Of a DNA stretch of 64,000 bases, positions 11,914 through 24,834 are shown one piece after another. The DNA comes from Eutreptiella sp. 'Long Island Sound 2002' (taxonomy: Eukaryota > Protista > Euglenida): contig OZ038379.1 in NCBI GenBank assembly GCA_964036045.1, positions 39,494,001 through 39,558,000 of the forward strand, written 5' to 3'. A program made the position numbers and the translations under genes. Each line of letters starts with the position of its first letter. Position 1 is the stretch's first letter. The notes beneath the pieces were generated by a model that saw nothing but the letters and a program-made list of their open reading frames with translations, did not search any database and was not told the origin of the DNA.

Positions 11914-12404
11914 CAGGGGTGGATACAATAGTGACGACATTACCAAGGTGTGGGTGGGGGTGGGTGGGGGGGGCTGTTCAGCCAGGAGGCAGTGATGACG
12001 GAATGACGATTACCATTACGACTAGCTCAGGCAGTTCAGGCACAGATGATTCGGAATTGCAAGCCATTGTGGCAAAATGTGTCAACAAATGATTGCACTG
12101 TGTGGACTGTCTTCATGGGATACACCAACCCCTGTGCAATCTATTGTCTTGTCCTCAGGGTTAGTAGATTGGCTCAGTAGTACAGTGGTGTATGCATTGG
12201 CTCATGAATTGATTGTCCTGGGTTGGTTCAATTCCAGGGTAGCACCTGCTCTGGCGCCTTTTCTGGCCATCAGTCCTCTTGTAAAACTGCTGGCAAAACT
12301 GCTAGTTCAGTCAAATGGGTAAATTGTAATCGTAATCGTCAGCGGAGGGGGGAGGGGGGGGGGGGCTTGGGGGGACCCCCCCCCCCACACTATATCCACC
12401 CCTG
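11914..12404. mobile_element. MITE-like element (491 bp) with CAGGGGTGGATA TIRs
   Basis: CAGGGGTGGATA at 11914-11925 and TATCCACCCCTG at 12393-12404; the IR extends by TAGTG across a 3-nt indel. ACT flanks both ends (possible 3-bp TSD). Confidence 0.65.
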
Positions 12405-13824
12405 ACTGGGAGTTCATTTGTGCATGATGACCAGCAAAGATGTACGATGGAATTCAAGGGATGTGAGTGTCCCTGTGACACACACACCCTTGGGACCATA
12501 ATTTTGCGTAGCTTGGACAAGGCAGGAGGATTCATGACCAGTGCCCCATGCAAGGAACGTTCGTTTCCTTGCGTTGCTCGTAAGGTACACTTTGTTGTAT
12601 AGGGACCGTAACGTTTGGGACCTGAGAACAATGGGACAGGGAGGAGGTCTGTGCACTCATGACTCAGGCAAAAGCGTGGTGATTGCCCAGGAATGCAATT
12701 TTATCCGCAGTATCCCGACCACAGAGCGTGCGAAGGTTTCGATGGCAATCATTGACCCCCTGGTGGTCATGGGTGCTGACCACCAACCATTCTAGTGCTG
12801 TACTCTCCTGCGCTCCCCTTTGCCCCCGCTACCTCCACCACCATCACTGCGTCCAGGCTGCACTCTCTAGTGATGATAATGTTTCAGCGATCTGCAGCAG
12901 CTGTTGTGACTGACCCCCTGCACCCAGGCCCATCCTCTGTGCGCCCTTCGTGCGCTATACCAGATGGAATCCATGTGCATGTGTGCTCCTTTGGGGTCAC
13001 ACCTAGGTCTAACCAGGGAAACCCTCAGCATATTTATTTTAGACTGGCATGGCTCCCCTCTCCATGTGGTAGCAGTGCCTCTCAGGGCCGTCTCATTGCC
13101 ACTCATTGCCACTGTGCCTGTTCAGAATTTGATTGGGCTTAGAATGATCTTCTAACCACATGCTATTTTCTCACTTTTACCGAATGTGTTCAACAGTACC
13201 CGTGTTCTGCCAGCACTCCATTTTCGTGAGGGACACTGCACTGGTACAGGATAGTTTTTGACGTGAAGTCTAATCATTCTGCTGATATCCTCCTAAAACC
13301 CTTAGTCGTCTTCCGTTCCCACAGAATCATGCACCCATGGACCCATTGATCAGAACAATTTCTCAATTGTTGTGCTATTTCTGCCCCCATCCACCTTGGC
13401 CTACTAAATAGTACTGCTGCTGATTCAGTTGCAGCAGCAGCAGCTACCAATACCAATACTGCTACTATGGAAACTATTGTCTACGCGCACATTTTCAAGG
13501 CAAAATACATATGAAAAATCAACAATAGATACCCGTCGCAACTGTTTTTGTATGCAAACCCTGATGTTGTGCTATGTGACACTGAACCTCTCCATTGGCA
13601 TGCTTTGGTGCCATCCCCCTCGGACGACTTGGATGGCAAAATCTACTTTTTATCCCCATACCTAATCTCTGACCCACTCTTCACCTTTTTGGCAGTCTTG
13701 TGTTTATATTTTGAGACGGTTGTTACAAGTGTTACGGGTACCACCATGGCTAGCTAAGCCAATGTGCGTAATGTGTGCAAAGTTCATGGCATGGATCATC
13801 CATGAAGCATGCCTATCTAATGGA

Positions 13825-14124
13825 CATAGGCCCCCATGGGTCCCCATAGGTCCCCATAGGTCCCCATACATCCCCATAGGTCCCCATAGGTCCCCATAGG
13901 TCCCCATAGGTCCCCATAGGTCCCCATAGGTCCCCATAGGCCCCCATAAGTCCCCATAGGTCCCCATAGGTCCCCAAAGGTGCCCAAAGGTGCCCATAGG
14001 TCCCCAAAGGTCCCCATAGGTCCCCATAGGTCCCCAAAGGTGCCCAAAGGTGCCCATAGGCCCCCATAGGCTTGAAGGTCCCCAAAGGTGCCCAAAGGTG
14101 CCCAAAGGTCCCCATAGGTCCCCC
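13825..14124. repeat. (ATAGGTCCCC)n 10-bp satellite with AAAGGTGCCC variants
   Basis: Directly visible; source of the spurious GTYGDLW ORFs. Confidence 0.97.
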
Positions 14125-14125
14125 T

Positions 14126-15533
14126 GTCTAGACCCCCTAAATAATTCACGCAACCCTAAGTGTCAATTCCTATGGGGGTCTAGACCCCTAAAATAATTGA
14201 CGCAACCCTATGCGTCAATTCCTATGGGGGTCTAGACCCCTAAAATAATTCACGCAACCCTATGCGTCAATTCCTATGGGGGTCTAGACGCACAAAATAA
14301 TTGACGCAACCCTATGCGTCAATCCCTATGAGGGTGTAGACCCCCAAAATAATTGATGCAACCCTATGCGTCAATTCCTATGGGGGTATAGACCCCTGAA
14401 ATAATTGACGCAACCCTATGCGTCAATTCCTATGGGGGTCTAGACCCCTAAAGTAATTGACGCAACCCCATGCGTCAATTCCTATGGGGGTCTAGACCCC
14501 CAAAATATTTGGCAAAACCCTATGCGTCAATTCCTATGGGGGTCTAGACCCCGTAGATAATTGACGCAACCCTATGCCTCAATTCCCATGGGGGTCTAGA
14601 CCCCCAAAATAATTGACGCAACCCCATGCGTCAATTCCTATGGGGGCCTAGACCCGTGAAATAATTGACGCGATCCTATGCGTCAATTCCTATGGGGGTC
14701 TGGACCCCCAAAATAATTGGCGCAACCCTATGCGTCAATTCCAATGGGGGTCTAGACCCCCTAAAATATTTGACGCAACCCTATGTGCCAATTCCTATGG
14801 GGGTCTAGACCCCCTAAACTAATTGACGCAACCCTATGCGTCCATTCCTTTGGGGGTCTAGACCCCTAAAATAATTGACGGAACCCTATGCGTCAATTCC
14901 TATGGGGGTCTAGACCCCCAAAATATTTGGCGCAACCCTATGCGTCAATTCCTATGGGGGTCAGGACCCCCAAAATAATTGACGCAACCCCATGCGTCAA
15001 TTCCTATGGGGGTCTAGACCCGTGAAATAATTGACGCAACCCTATGCCTCAATTCCTATGGGGGTATAGACCCCCAATATAATTGGCGCAACCCTATGCG
15101 TCAATTCCGATGGGGGTCTAGACCCCCAAAATAATGGACGCAACCCTATGTGCCAATTCCTATGGGGGTCTAGACCCCCTAAAATAATTGACGCAAACCT
15201 ATGCGTCAATTCCTATGGGGGTCTGGACCCCTAAAATAATTGATGCAAGCCTATGCGTCAATTCCTATGGGGGTCTAGACCCCCTAAATAATTGACGCAA
15301 CCCTATGCGTCAATTCCTATTGGGCTCTAGACCCCCTAAAATAATTGACGCAACCGTATGCGTCAATTCCGATGGGGGTCTAGACCCCTAAACTAATTGA
15401 CGCAACCCTATGCGTCAATTCGTATGGGGGTCTAGACCCCCAAAATAATTGACACAACCCTATGCGTCAATTCCTATGAGGGTGTAGACCCCCTAAAATA
15501 ATTGACGCAACCCTATGCGTCAATTCCTATGGG
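14126..15533. repeat. ~52-bp tandem array (about 27 units), each unit containing two palindromes
   Basis: Consensus GTCTAGACCCCTAAAATAATTGACGCAACCCTATGCGTCAATTCCTATGGGG. Palindrome GGGGTCTAGACCCC spans unit junctions; hairpin AATTGACGCA-N6-TGCGTCAATT lies within each unit. Confidence 0.97.
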
Positions 15534-16524
15534 GCTCTGATGGCCCTATAACGCTAGGGTTGAGGCCACAGAACAAAAATCTACGCCTCGAAGAGCGTAG
15601 TGAGTGGGTGCAATTTCCATGCTTCCTATACACAAACACACAACACCAAGCGCGGGGTATTTGCTGAATCATTTTCCATACTTCTTGATGCAAGAAAGCA
15701 CTCATGAGTATTGGGGGGGGGGAATAGGGAAGGGCCACAGGGGGGGGGGGATCTTCCATTGGGGGGGGTGTACTACACCACAAGTGGGGATGGGGGAGGT
15801 GGGTTTATGGTTTGGGTAATGGCGGTCCATAAAAGTCTGATGTGTGATGTCTGATAGCCGACTAGGTCGCTATACACACATCTGCCCCCCCCCCCCCCCC
15901 CCCGGACCTAATACCTAAATAGGGTGAAAAACACATAAATATGGCCTAAAACATGCTTTACATAGCTTTGATAGTCATTTTAGGTGATCACAATATCATA
16001 AAAGCAAGTTTCGAAAACTTCGATTCGTGAGCAGCCCAGGGTGAAAAATTGCATCAGCAGGTTGTGTACCGGCCCATTCACTAGGCCATTATTGGTGGAA
16101 ACAGTCATTTCGCGTCTTTGGCACGGGTTGTGACCGGCCCTGAGCAAGGCTAGAGGCGGCAAAAAACGTGCTTCCATATTCTAGTGGGCATATACTGTCA
16201 CAACATCCCCACTCAAACCCCTCAAAGTGGGTACCACGGGGTCACCGAGGTCGCCAAAACCGCCAACACAACAAAGATGGATGGAAAGTGCATATGGAGT
16301 GAAGTGTCACCCGATTGTATCAAAGACGTAAAAAATATGAAGAAATATGTTTTTTTTTGGAGTGTCACATGAGTCACTTGCGTGACAGTCGAAAAACAAT
16401 CGGGGAAAAAATTTTCTAGTGCCAGCGCAAGTGCCTATTCTTTTGAGTGTTAGCACAAATATACCCAAAACATTAGCACTCAAATTGACTTCCACCCCTT
16501 TTTTTTGGGGGGGGGTTTCCGGGA

Positions 16525-17040
16525 CGGCAAGGGTGAGTAGCCATTTGAGATTTCCTGCCCGTGTCGGGCGTTGGGGACCTCCGAGACGGCGATAGGTAGG
16601 TAGCCGCTTTGCCCGCATGTGGGCCACGAGACGCGGCGATTATGTAGCCGTTTTTGATTTCCTCCCTCCATTGGGCGCCGGGGACCCGGAGACGGCAAAG
16701 GTGGTGTAGCCACTTGGCCCACATGTGGGCCCCCAAGATGGCAGGGGTTAAGTAGCTCCTTTTGATTTCCTCTCTGGGCTGGACACAGGGGACGCTTGAG
16801 ACACCAAGGGTTATGTACCCATTTTGCCCACATGTGGTCCGTAGAGAGTGAGGTAGCCATTTCTATGTTCCTCCCGCGCTGCGTGTTGGAGATTGCTGAG
16901 ACAACAGTGGTTATTTAGCCATTTTGCCCCAATGTAGGCAGCCAAGATGGCAGGGGTGAAGTAGCCATTTCGGATTATCTCCTCGTGCTTGGCGTTGGGG
17001 ACCCCCCCAGATGGCAAGGTTGATGTAGCCCGGCGCCCTA
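16525..17040. repeat. Degenerate ~107-bp minisatellite (about 5 units)
   Basis: Recurring GTAGCCATTT..GATTTCC...GGGGACC..GAGAC...GTAGCCA..TTGCCCACATGTGG with about 107-bp period. Confidence 0.75.
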
Positions 17041-18039
17041 TTTCTTTGGCCCACATTTGTTAATTTCATTTGCCTTCAATGCATTGGTGCCTCACATTGC
17101 ACATGCAGTACTTTCCAAGTTGTGAGTGTTTGTGAACAGGTTCTGTTCTCGTTGATCCTCAAGGAACCCCAATTCTAGGATCCGCATCCATATTCTTGGC
17201 AACCCTTGGTTTTGTGACCTTATGAGGTTGCAAAGGTCTGGTGGGCGATCATGGAGCGGAATGAGACTTGCAAGGAAAAGGGTAAGAGGTGCTGGGGTAG
17301 AAAAAAGGAACAAAGCAATGCAACACAGTCACTACACATGTGTCCCACAAACACCCACACGAGTGTGAAGACACAAGACCGCCAAAAAAAAGCGTGCGGA
17401 CCCTCCCCCTGTGCGGCCCATAGGCAACCGGCCTTGCGAGTGCACCAGCATATGAAAGGAGAACCCTCAAGGTAATGCATGCGCCTTCGTGCCAAGGGTG
17501 CATGATGCCACCACAATCCGATCAAAGACCGGGACGTGGAATCAAGCCTTGGGCCTAACTCTCCCTTGTACACAATGCACGGCAAGCAAACGCCTTTCAA
17601 CCCCTTTCAGCCTGTCGGGGAAGCAATGTCACCTTGCTGAAACGACCACATAGTCAGGCCGTAACATCCACAACAATCAAGGTATTGGGATCACCCAAAT
17701 ACCCAACCAACACGCCCACTAGACTGCACCGCTCGATGGGGAACGCCCGGCTGGTTTAAGTATGTCCCACCAACACTACAAGTAGACCCCAACGTTATGT
17801 AGGCAGGTCGACCAACGATGGGCCATTTCTGATTTTGTTTCCCTCGCCAGGGACTCGCCCCCCCCCCCCCCTCACACGTGACTTCACGCCCTTATACGTG
17901 GTTGCAGAGTTCCTACTGCCAGTGTCCGCTGTTGTGCCCTTCGGGCTGAAACATTACCTATACCAAGCGCTGTTGCCACCAAGGCTATACATCGAGTGGA
18001 GATTCTGAACATACCCACCAAACGTCCACAACTTTCTGC

Positions 18040-21000
18040 TAAATTGTCGGTGAAACTCGTCGCAAGGTGCCCGCCCTTACCACCCATTGTATGTCTGACT
18101 CCGATCGGAACATGGAGGGCTTCTCCATCACCAACACACACGAAATAGCCCAGGCATCCGGGCTCCAATTGCTTTTGCAGTACGTACTGAAAGCGCTTAT
18201 TGAGCAGCACAAGGCGCTATCCTCGGAAATCCAAAAATTGCCCCGTGGTTCCTCCCACGACACCCAGCGGACCAAACTGCGGAGTGAAAGTGCGCAGCTA
18301 TTATGCAGGTAGTGAACGAGCTGGTTCTAGAAGACTCCTCGCTGCAACGAGCAAGAGAGACCCTCCACAAATTAGACGGACGGAGGTCTAAAGTTATCTC
18401 ACGGCATGAAACCGGAAATGTGTCTGCCTCGCTTGAGTCCACGGTCACACTGCGCAACGAGTTTGCTCACTTAAACTTGGACATCGAGAAAGCACGGCTC
18501 CCAATTCCGGAGCTTTTGAATCATCCCCCGGAGCAACTGATGAAAACTATTGTCGAGCAGCAGGTGTCCATCCAACAGCAAAGCCAAGTACTTGCCAAGC
18601 AGCGTAAGGATGTTGATGAGTTTCAAAATAACAATGCCAATGACTCTTCCCAGGCTACCGCAAAACGCAAGCGCCCCCGTGTAGGTGCATTCGCAAAAGT
18701 GATGGTCGATAAAGTTTCTGAGGTGCGAGAGCAAGTTCAGGCCGTGATCAAGCATGTCACTGTTCTACTATTGGAGGCCACCAAGCAAGAGCAGCTGTGC
18801 ACCAGTTGGACTGGGAGTATCATGACTGGATTCTTGAGAATGAGACGAGACTGTCCCAAGGGACGAATGCCAGCATCTGCTGGTTTGGAAGAACAGAAAT
18901 GTCTCAGGATCAGCTTACCCAGTTGTTCCCACAAGAGGAGCTGAATTTTCTAGTTGTCCTGCACTACGATGAGCTTTCCCAGGTTGGGGCTGCTGCCAAA
19001 CGGCTGTTGGACTCTGTCAAACCTGATCGTTTTGATGTGCTTGTATCATGTGATGATGAGAAACCCCTAGTCCCCTTATGCAGGACCTGATATTGAGTCC
19101 CAAGTCACATGGAAATTTTCGGACATCATCAAGCTCAGCTGCCCTCTACAAACCATGGGGGGACCCGAGGTTTTCGGCTATGTAGTGCTATCTGACAGCA
19201 CTAGTTGTGCCAACACTTTGGCACCTAATGTCATGCCCCCAAACTTGCTAACCCTTGGATTGGGGTCAATTCAATGGGAAATGGAGGTGGGAGCAACACC
19301 AGATGCCATGCAGGTAGTACATGTAGAGGACTCTTCCACCCCCAGCTTGTTCACAGGGATGGGACTCCGAGGTCCGGCCTGCGGAGCATAGTCTAGTAAG
19401 CTAGTACGGGGTTTTAAAACCATATGGCACCAGTGCCATGAAAAAGAAATCAATCAAATGTTAAAAGTGTATAAAAGGTGCCCCTTCTTTGGCATTATGT
19501 CCGAAGCAGAATTTGACCGTACCTGCTTCAATGTGTGCGGGCCTATGTTGCAGTTGTACCCTAAACCACAACAAAAAGATTCCACTACCCCCTTTCTATG
19601 GCATACTGTTCATGCATCACTCAGACAGGCGAAGATTGATAGAGATGATTTCTTCCTATGCCATCTGGCAAGTACAAAGTAAGGCTAGGATTTGCCGAGC
19701 AAGAGGTGGCGGAGCAATGGCTCTCCAATGCCAGGTTTGACCTTAACGCTGCAGGGATCCCAGTGACAAATGAGAGAACAAATAGCAGGGTCACCGACCC
19801 ACTGCATAGTGTGACGGCGACACTGATTCCACGGCATCCACGAGAACCTCAGCCTCGAGCAGGGGCTCAGCCAAGAACCCAGACCAGGATGCAATGGTTT
19901 TCCATGATGTACCCCCGTGGATTGATGAGCCCAAGCTAAAAGAAATCTTCCAGCAGAAACCTAAACCCCTACAATCAACCAAGTTGCTGAATTGGACACT
20001 GCGTGACGTCTCCACCTCTGCGTGGAAAATAACAGGACAGGACCTCAAGCCCCTCAATGGTGCTATTATTTGTGCGCCAGGCAGATCAAGGGCAATGTGT
20101 ATGATCTCATTTGAGAAGTATGTTGCAGATCGCTCTTCACACTTTGACAAAATAAGAGCGAAGCCCAAGCGCACTAGTGCCCACCGGCCTGCTGGTAATT
20201 GATCGAATGTTTGATATGTTCAGATGGTGAAGGGTGGCCAGTCCAAACAACAATGATGCCCCCAGACACTTGTAATCTGCCCAATGGGGCACCCACCACT
20301 GCTCCCCTCTTTGGAGACCTCAAGCCGATGCGAAATTGCAATGGCCTACTCACCTCAATCAAGAAAGACAAAAAGAAAGTGCTCAGGCACAAGGTGATTA
20401 GCAAGTACATCGCAGCCAAGCAAGCAGAACTTGTTCGCCTACAGGAGCCCCACAATCTCTCCAACAAAGATGAGCGCAAGCTAGCGAAAGCCTTGGACAG
20501 CCAGGGCTACCACTTCTGGTCTAACAACAACCCCGAGGGACGGGCGGGGGGGGTGGCCTTTGTTTGGCGTCACGGATTGATCATGGAACACGCCCTGTCA
20601 GCCTTAGTAATGATGGCCAGTTTCACGAATGCAGAAGGGCTTTCAATGACAGCCATGTGTGCACACTTTTCACACATACGTACAAAAAAAACAAGCATAG
20701 TGGGCTCGTAGGGGGATAGTCCTCGACCAATTTCCTTCCCCCTATGCTGTGTTATTGGCTGACCACAACTCTCTGGTGGTGCAAATTAGAGATAAGCAAC
20801 ATCTAGCAAATGAAGAGCTCCGTAAGATTTCGTCTGTACATGACACGGAAAAACTTGGCACTCACTCAGCTTGGGCTAACCGATGGTTGGTGGAAGGTCC
20901 ATACATATCACGAGCGTTCGTCACATTCATGCCCTAGAGGATTTGCCTACGGGCACTATATTGATGATAACACGGATCATCTTTCCACTGATTACGAACT

Positions 21001-22200
21001 TCCTCGGTAGGACAGGATGCGTGTCTCTGATGTCTTCTCGCCCTATCTGTCCTCTGCTTACATGGCCTTCGTTGGGAGGTCGGATCACAAAGCTTTGCTG
21101 CTGAGCTGTTCTCCACCAGGTTTTCACACTGACCAATCACGGTTTTGCTGCCCCACACATTTTCTGGAATGTTAGGGAGTGGTTGAGGAGCTCCGCTCCG
21201 GTCTCCAATCCTTGCAAGGTACACCTCTGGAAGTTTGGGAGCGGTCATAGCACATGATGGTTGCCACAGTGCGCCAGTATGTGGCAGATCACTTGCTCAA
21301 GCAAAAAGGCCCATTACTCTCCCTACTATTGTCTTCGACGTAGCAGGCTGTTTCCGTGCAAGGGTGGGTGTACTTGCAGGACACGGGTTTACGGCCCATC
21401 TTCCATGGAGTGGGGTACTCTATGTTGGTTTCGTTGTATCAGCAAGATTCAACTGATAAAGTAGGGAATGAAAACCTCTCTGACCTCAAGACTGTCTTGG
21501 CCGGCTGGACATGTCCGCCGAATCCTAGGGACAACGGGTGAAGCAAACCAACAAAGTGCTTACAGGGCTCCAGTCCCATAAACGTCCGGGTTGGGTTAAA
21601 CATGACGGGATGGTGTTAGCCCGGCGCAAGCGCATAGCACAGCCCCTATGTGATCACTGGCCGGCTGTCACACAGGCCAGGGGAGCCTCTTTCGAGCAAT
21701 GTCCTAAGTACTTGACGTCACTGAGGCTTTCAGCCACCTTTGCCGTAATGGGCAGGGCCTTATACTGCCCGCTCTCTCCGGCCATTCGTGCATGAGGCAT
21801 TCAAATGCTTCACTTCTACACCTCTCCGGGGGAAGATGGCATGTCCATGACCTTCCTCCATGACCTTCAGCAAATTTCTATGAACTGCTAGTGCTTCATA
21901 ACTCCCCGCTAAAACCACAATGTGCACGCCTTTAGGGTGCCTAAGAGTCGCTGTATGACTTTTTATCAGTGTCTTAAGTTCAAAGCACGCCTACCTTGTT
22001 AAGGGCCACACGCTATGTTGAATTCGCAAAAAAGGACCCAAAGGGCACAAAAGTGGGTTTCAGCAAGACTTCCGGCACAACAAGGGCGTTCCAGCAAGGT
22101 TCTAGCAAAGCGTCCCCGTGCACAAAGGGGTTCCAGCAACGGGTTCTAGCAGGGCTTTCGACATGTCTCTTTCACAATTGTTCCTTTGCAATTTAGCACA
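18040..22200 (+). mobile_element. Degenerate L1-like LINE: coiled-coil/RRM-like ORF1, APE endonuclease, RT remnants
   Basis: 18303-18944 is heptad-rich. APE motifs NCNGL...LQEPH...GGVAF (20270-20570) and LLADHNS (GDxN equivalent, 20749). A KAFD-like RT remnant lies near 22155. Many stops and frameshifts; ends approximate. Confidence 0.75.
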
Positions 22201-22838
22201 CATGCCTTTGTTGGCCCCATTGGTTGACTAGAACATGGCCGTCCGGGGTGCGGTGGGGCTATGCCGGCCCAGATGGTTTGGGCTGCACCGACCTCACCAC
22301 CCATCAGAACACCAAGCTGGTGATACCCCCGAGCTCCACCATTGCTTAAATCCGCCTAATTTGCACCCTCTTGGGCAGCGACAAGGCGCCATGCACGCTC
22401 ACCGACTGGCCGCACGCCGTGATGGAGAAGAACCCCAACCCCCGCATCCTCCGAGTGCGGCTGCACGGGGACGACATCCACGAGGGCGTCCGGGCGTGCA
22501 CCACCCGCGCCAGCCCCACCGCCAACAAGATGCAACGGCGCCATGAAGGGATGGAGGGCAAGAGCCTCCTCTTCGCCACCCACAACCCCCTCAAAGAAGG
22601 CTAGGAAGGACAAGTACCTTTTCCAGCACTCACATCTCATCACCCTCCGCCACGTGGTGGACAGCAAGCCCGCCATGTCCCTCTCCAACAACTCCCTCGT
22701 AAGCCACTCCCCCTACCGTTCGAAGCCGGAATTTGTGGGGATGACTACCCCGGTGCTCATGGAAAGCGAGGACTGTCCTGCCGGTCCCCATGTGCCATGC
22801 CCTGCCGCTCATTGGGACAAGCTAACCGGTGAAGCAGG

Positions 22839-24412
22839 ATCATCGGACAAATCATGCCAACGCCTGCCAAGGCCTGGATCATGCAAGTGCGTAGACAAAA
22901 GCATACACCGGAGGTACATTGGGTGAGCTGGCTCCCCATGAAACATTACAGACAAAATGCGTGGACCCCATGGCATGTAAGGTGGTGCGGAATAGGTGCC
23001 CCCTGGGAGAGGACGCCCACCCTATGCTGCAAATGTGGCCAACACTACGGAGCATCAGTGCAGTCAAGACTAGCGTACTGCCCCGCTTGGGGAGAGTTCT
23101 GGGACCTGTGGCGTAGCAGCTGGACTGACTGGACCCAACACACCTACCAATGGCAGCAAACGGCCACCAGCCAGGAACTCTGGTTCTGTGCCAGAGTGCT
23201 CATTCCAGTGTCCCTCATCAACGCCATATTCACCACAGAACGACATAAACTGCGGGCAGAGGTAGGCGTCTTTCAGCTCCGCATGATTCAGGCTGTCCAA
23301 ACCCTAAGGCAGAAACTCGCCGACCCTACACCCCATCAGCCGCCATCGCCCCTATGGTTGACAAAGTTTGTAGCGCACGCACTGCCCCCGCGAGAAACAG
23401 CACAAACCCTACGCAACCATGTCGGAGCGCCCATGCGGAGCGGCATGAAACGAAAGCGTAGATCTAAGGCCACAACGGCGGAGCCCATGGACCCCAACCT
23501 ATGGATTCCGGATGCGCGCGCTGCGAACGACCACGAGGCAGTGGCATGGCTTACAAGAATGTGAGCAACTAACACAACCCAAGACGAACAAGCCCACAAA
23601 CGCCGACGCCTCGGCGTTGACGCATAGCGGTGGGAACAGTACAGAACGACCTCCGACATGTTGGCTCAGGAGCACGCGCAGCGATCCCACGACGTATACC
23701 ACAGCGCACACGCAGCAGAGGTAACACGACGGCACCTATGCACACTACACGCATTCTACTCCAACACACTAACTGCCTAAACAGACTATCACATGCTTGT
23801 GGCTAAATTGATCAAAGAACAAATGACAGCACAACGACTGCACTACACACTACACACTAAACATGTGCCAGGTACGCCGACAACGTTACGAGCAAGCAAA
23901 ACATGACAAAGTGACATGGTACGCGGACGCGAAAACGTCACTGCTGATCTGCAAGCGATACGAGAAAATGTGCACTGAAACCCACAAGCTGCTGGCCCAT
24001 TACCTACGGCAGGCAAACTACATGTGGTGCCAACAAGAACACATTGCGAACATGACAAAGTGGTTCAACGACGACTGTAAACGGAAAACAACACAATACT
24101 GGAACAGCACCAGATAAGCACGACAGACAATATACCTCATACCGAAACGGCCACGGGAACAATGGGACCCCGCCTTGTGGGAAGCCCCATTGCAACCCCT
24201 ACCAAAACGACACAAAACGCATTGGGATCCAAACGAGTGGGAAATTCCACTGACATGACCACTACCACGTCAACGGCAAACCATGGGGGCTTAGTCGTGA
24301 GCTGCGGCCCGTATGCACACCCTGGCATAGCCGAAATCCGTACTCTGCATTGAACTTGGCCCGCAGTGGCCCACGGCACATTATGAAGTGGCCTATTTGA
24401 TAAAAAAAAAAA
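22839..24412 (+). mobile_element. 5'-truncated LINE (family B) with poly(A) and 18-bp TSD
   Basis: Colinear with 58480-60050. Ends CCTATTTGAT(A)11. TSD GCTAACCGGTGAAGCAGG (22821-22838) / GCTAACTGGTGAAGTAGG (24413-24430), 16/18 identical. Confidence 0.9.
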
Positions 24413-24447
24413 GCTAACTGGTGAAGTAGGTTGGTGCATTCTGGAAA

Positions 24448-24834
24448 GTGAACGACGACCTGGCACAATTTTTTCACGCGGGCCACGTGTTCAAGCAGGA
24501 GTTTCTGGTAAAGGATGACAAGATGTTGGCGAACATGAAGAGGGAGGTGGACACTCTGGGCCTCAGGTGGGGCAGCAGCCTCAATTTTGCATGGCCCACC
24601 CCAAACCGGCCACCCGGGCCACGTGACATGGCTGCGGTGTACGCGGTGATTCCAACAGGCACTGGGGGTCAAGATGAAGGCCTTGAGCTTCGTGATGCAG
24701 TACTTCGGGCGCAAAGGGTTCTGCAAGTCCTCTCCATGAAGTACCCAGGACTGTTCTTGGTGAAGCTTAGGTACGTGCGGGCAACGTCAAATCGGCAACA
24801 ACTATGGCATCTAGATTTTTGTACTGTTCCATAG
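24448..24834 (+). pseudogene. Possible 2OG-Fe(II) dioxygenase (PhyH-like) fragment
   Basis: ORF ends LRYVRATSNRQQLWHLDF, a Q-x-W-H-x-D motif. The distal His was not found. Weak. Confidence 0.25.

Noticed and set aside
11460-13760. Decayed transposase around the 11914 MITE
   Set aside because: The sequence looks coding-derived, but I could not recover catalytic motifs in any frame.
14126-15533. CRISPR array (regular palindromic repeats)
   Set aside because: There are no unique spacers (the whole 52-bp unit repeats), no cas genes, and the context is eukaryotic.
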